Shown here: piece after piece, positions 47,229 to 49,200 of the stretch
How the letters are laid out: every line of letters starts with the position of its first letter
Numbering within the stretch: position 1 is the stretch's first letter
Assembly (NCBI RefSeq): GCF_006345805.1
Contig: NW_021834546.1
Location: 1-49,200, forward strand
Direction: 5' to 3'
DNA: 49,200 nt
Source: Octopus sinensis
Lineage: Eukaryota
Made by a program: the position numbers and the translations under genes
Notes under the pieces: generated by a model
Told to the model about the DNA's origin: nothing
The model's database searches: none
What the model saw: the letters and a program-made list of their open reading frames with translations, nothing else

Positions 47229-47620
47229 GGAGTGGCTGTGTGGTAAGTAGCTTGCTAACCAACCACATGGTTCCGGGATCAGTCCCACTGCGTGGCATCT
47301 TGGGCAAGTGTCTTCTGCTATAGCCCCGGGCCAACCAATGCCTTGTGAGTGAATTTGGTAGACGGAAACTGAATGAAGCCTGTCGTATATATATATGTGT
47401 GTGTGTGCTTGTATGTCTGTGTTTGTCCCCCTAGCATTGCTTTACAACCGATGCTGGTGTGTTTGCGTCCCCGTCACTTAGCGGTTCGGCAAAAGAGACC
47501 GATAGAATAAGTACTGGGCTTACAAAGAATAAGTCTCGGGGTCGATTTGATCGACTAAAGGTGGTGCTCCAGCATGGCCGCAGTCACATGACTGAAACAA
47601 GTAAAAGAGTAAAAAGAGTA
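47229..47620 (+). mobile_element. Full-length tRNA-derived SINE with LINE-like 3' stem-loop
   Basis: TGGCTGTGTGG A box, GGGATCAGTCCC B-box-like, internal microsatellite, GGTGGTGCTCCAGCATGGCCG-CAGTC-ACAT-GACTG-AAAC, (GTAAAAGA)n tail. Confidence 0.85.
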
Positions 47621-47623
47621 GAG

Positions 47624-47985
47624 TATATATATAAACGGCAAAATGTCTGCGTGTGTGTCCTTTATGCAAATCTACAATTTTTCAGTTAGAGGGCTCGCAC
47701 TTTCTTTGGTCATTCAAAACTGTCCAAGGGTGGTCGTGCACATCTTTACATTTCCCCAGTCACCCCGCAAAGCCATTAAAAAATATCAATAGAAGTGACT
47801 TTTTTGTGAATTTTCTATCCAAAACCCAATCAAAATGCCCAAAACTTGATACGCCAATTGAATGTCAGCTAGCTGTATGTGATTGGTCGGAGATTTGGAC
47901 AGTACTTGCGTGTATGTGCGCACGCACACAGCTGTATATGCATGCACTAGCACTATGACCCGGCGTTGCTGGGTCACAGTGCTAG
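47624..47985 (+). mobile_element. Non-autonomous Helitron
   Basis: TATATATATAAACGGCAAAATGTCTG start; 3' hairpin TGACCCGGC-GTT-GCTGGGTCA then CTAG|T. Confidence 0.7.
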
Positions 47986-48067
47986 TATATATATATATAT
48001 ATACACACACACACATGTATATATATATGTATGCATACATATTCATGTATATATATATATATAAGAG

Positions 48068-48700
48068 AACAGGAGAAACTAGAAGTAGTTGATGGCTTCC
48101 TCTACCTTGGTGACCAAGTCTGTAGTGGGGGTGGATGCACAGAGTGTGTTACCACTAGAAGAAGACTAGCCTGAGCAAAGTTCAGAAAGCTTCTACCCAC
48201 TACTGGTGACAAAGGGCCTATCATTCAGAGTGAAAGGTAGAATGTATGATGCATGTGTGTGAACTGCCATGCTTCACACCAGTGAAACATGGGCCGTGAC
48301 TGCTGAAGACATGCGTAGACTCAAAAGAAATGAAGCTAGCATGATCTACTGGAAGTATAATGTCAGTGTGCACAAATGACAAAGTGTAAGAGCCCTGAGA
48401 GAAATGTTAGACATAAAGAAGCATTGGATGTGGCATGCAAGGGGGACGTTTGCATTGGTATGGTCATGAGGAGAGCTGTGTGAAGAAGTGCCACTCCTAA
48501 AACAGTGGAAGGAATCTGGGGTAGAGGGAGACCCAGGAAGACATGGGACGAAGTGGTGAAGAATGACCTTCAAACGTTGGACCTCACAGAGGCAATGACA
48601 AAAGACTGACACCTCTAGAGGTATGCTGTAACTAGAAGACCTAGTGTTGCAAAACCAGCCCACTCAAAAGTACCTTGGATCATAGGGCAACATGCCGTGC
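48068..48700 (+). mobile_element. Decayed RTE 3' fragment
   Basis: KLEVVDGFLYLGDQV, SETWAVT, GRGRPRKTW. Confidence 0.85.
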
Positions 48701-48749
48701 TTGAGGAGACCTATTAATTTAATACAGTTCTATATTTACGAGATGAGGA

Positions 48750-48878
48750 ATTTGACGGATATTTGTCTTCATCTTTTTTGTTGTTAACACACCATTTCGG
48801 CTGATATACCCTCCAGCCTTCATCAGGTGTCTTGGGAAAATTTCGAACCGGGGTTCTCATTCCTAAGGTATTTTTCGA

Positions 48879-48916
<38 letters not shown>

Positions 48917-49145
48917 TCATTGCCTGGAATCAAACTCGGAATCTTGGGGTTAGTAGCCCCCAAGATTCCAAGTTCGATTCCAGGCAGTGACCTAAATAAT
49001 AATAATAATAATAACAACATTGAAAAATACCTTAGGAATGGGAACCCAGGTTCGAAATTTCGCCAAGAAACCTTACGAAGGCTGGAGAGTATATCAGTCG
49101 AAACGTGTTAACAAATAACAAGATGAGAACAAATATCTGTCAAAT
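48750..49145. repeat. About 400-bp palindrome; each arm has a hammerhead-like motif, (TAA)n and half a tRNA-like head
   Basis: Centre GGGGTTAGTAGCCCC near 48950; arms carry CTGATGA-A-GGCTG..CAGCC-GAAA and GTTCGATTCC. Confidence 0.8.
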
Positions 49146-49200
49146 GTAAATAAGGCTACTGAGTTAAGTACATCAACATCAAAATCAAATCAAATGGAAA

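Overview
Eukaryotic (metazoan) DNA, almost entirely transposon-derived and interspersed with (TA)n, (TATG)n and (AAT)n microsatellites. The SINE and RTE repertoire suggests a cephalopod, probably Octopus; this is inference from recalled repeat families, not a database result. Contents: two decayed CR1/L2-group LINEs (one near full length, with an unusual Myb/SANT-like plus CCCH ORF1 and a candidate -1 frameshift into ORF2), several RTE-clade copies with a C4HC3 PHD-like finger inside the RT, a BovB-like and an R2-superfamily (RLE) fragment, and two Penelope-like elements. Also present are a Charlie/Buster hAT remnant, non-autonomous Helitrons, MITEs/foldbacks, tRNA-derived SINEs, a probable solo LTR, and a 7.9-kb long-TIR DNA transposon with an 8-bp TSD that splits an RTE copy. 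At least six unrelated families of minimal hammerhead-ribozyme motifs occur, including a G3:C8 compensatory-core variant (two copies) and a U4C variant. At least two phase-compatible exons of an unidentified minus-strand host gene lie among the repeats. There is no rRNA, true tRNA or CRISPR array. All calls were made by eye; boundaries of decayed elements are approximate.
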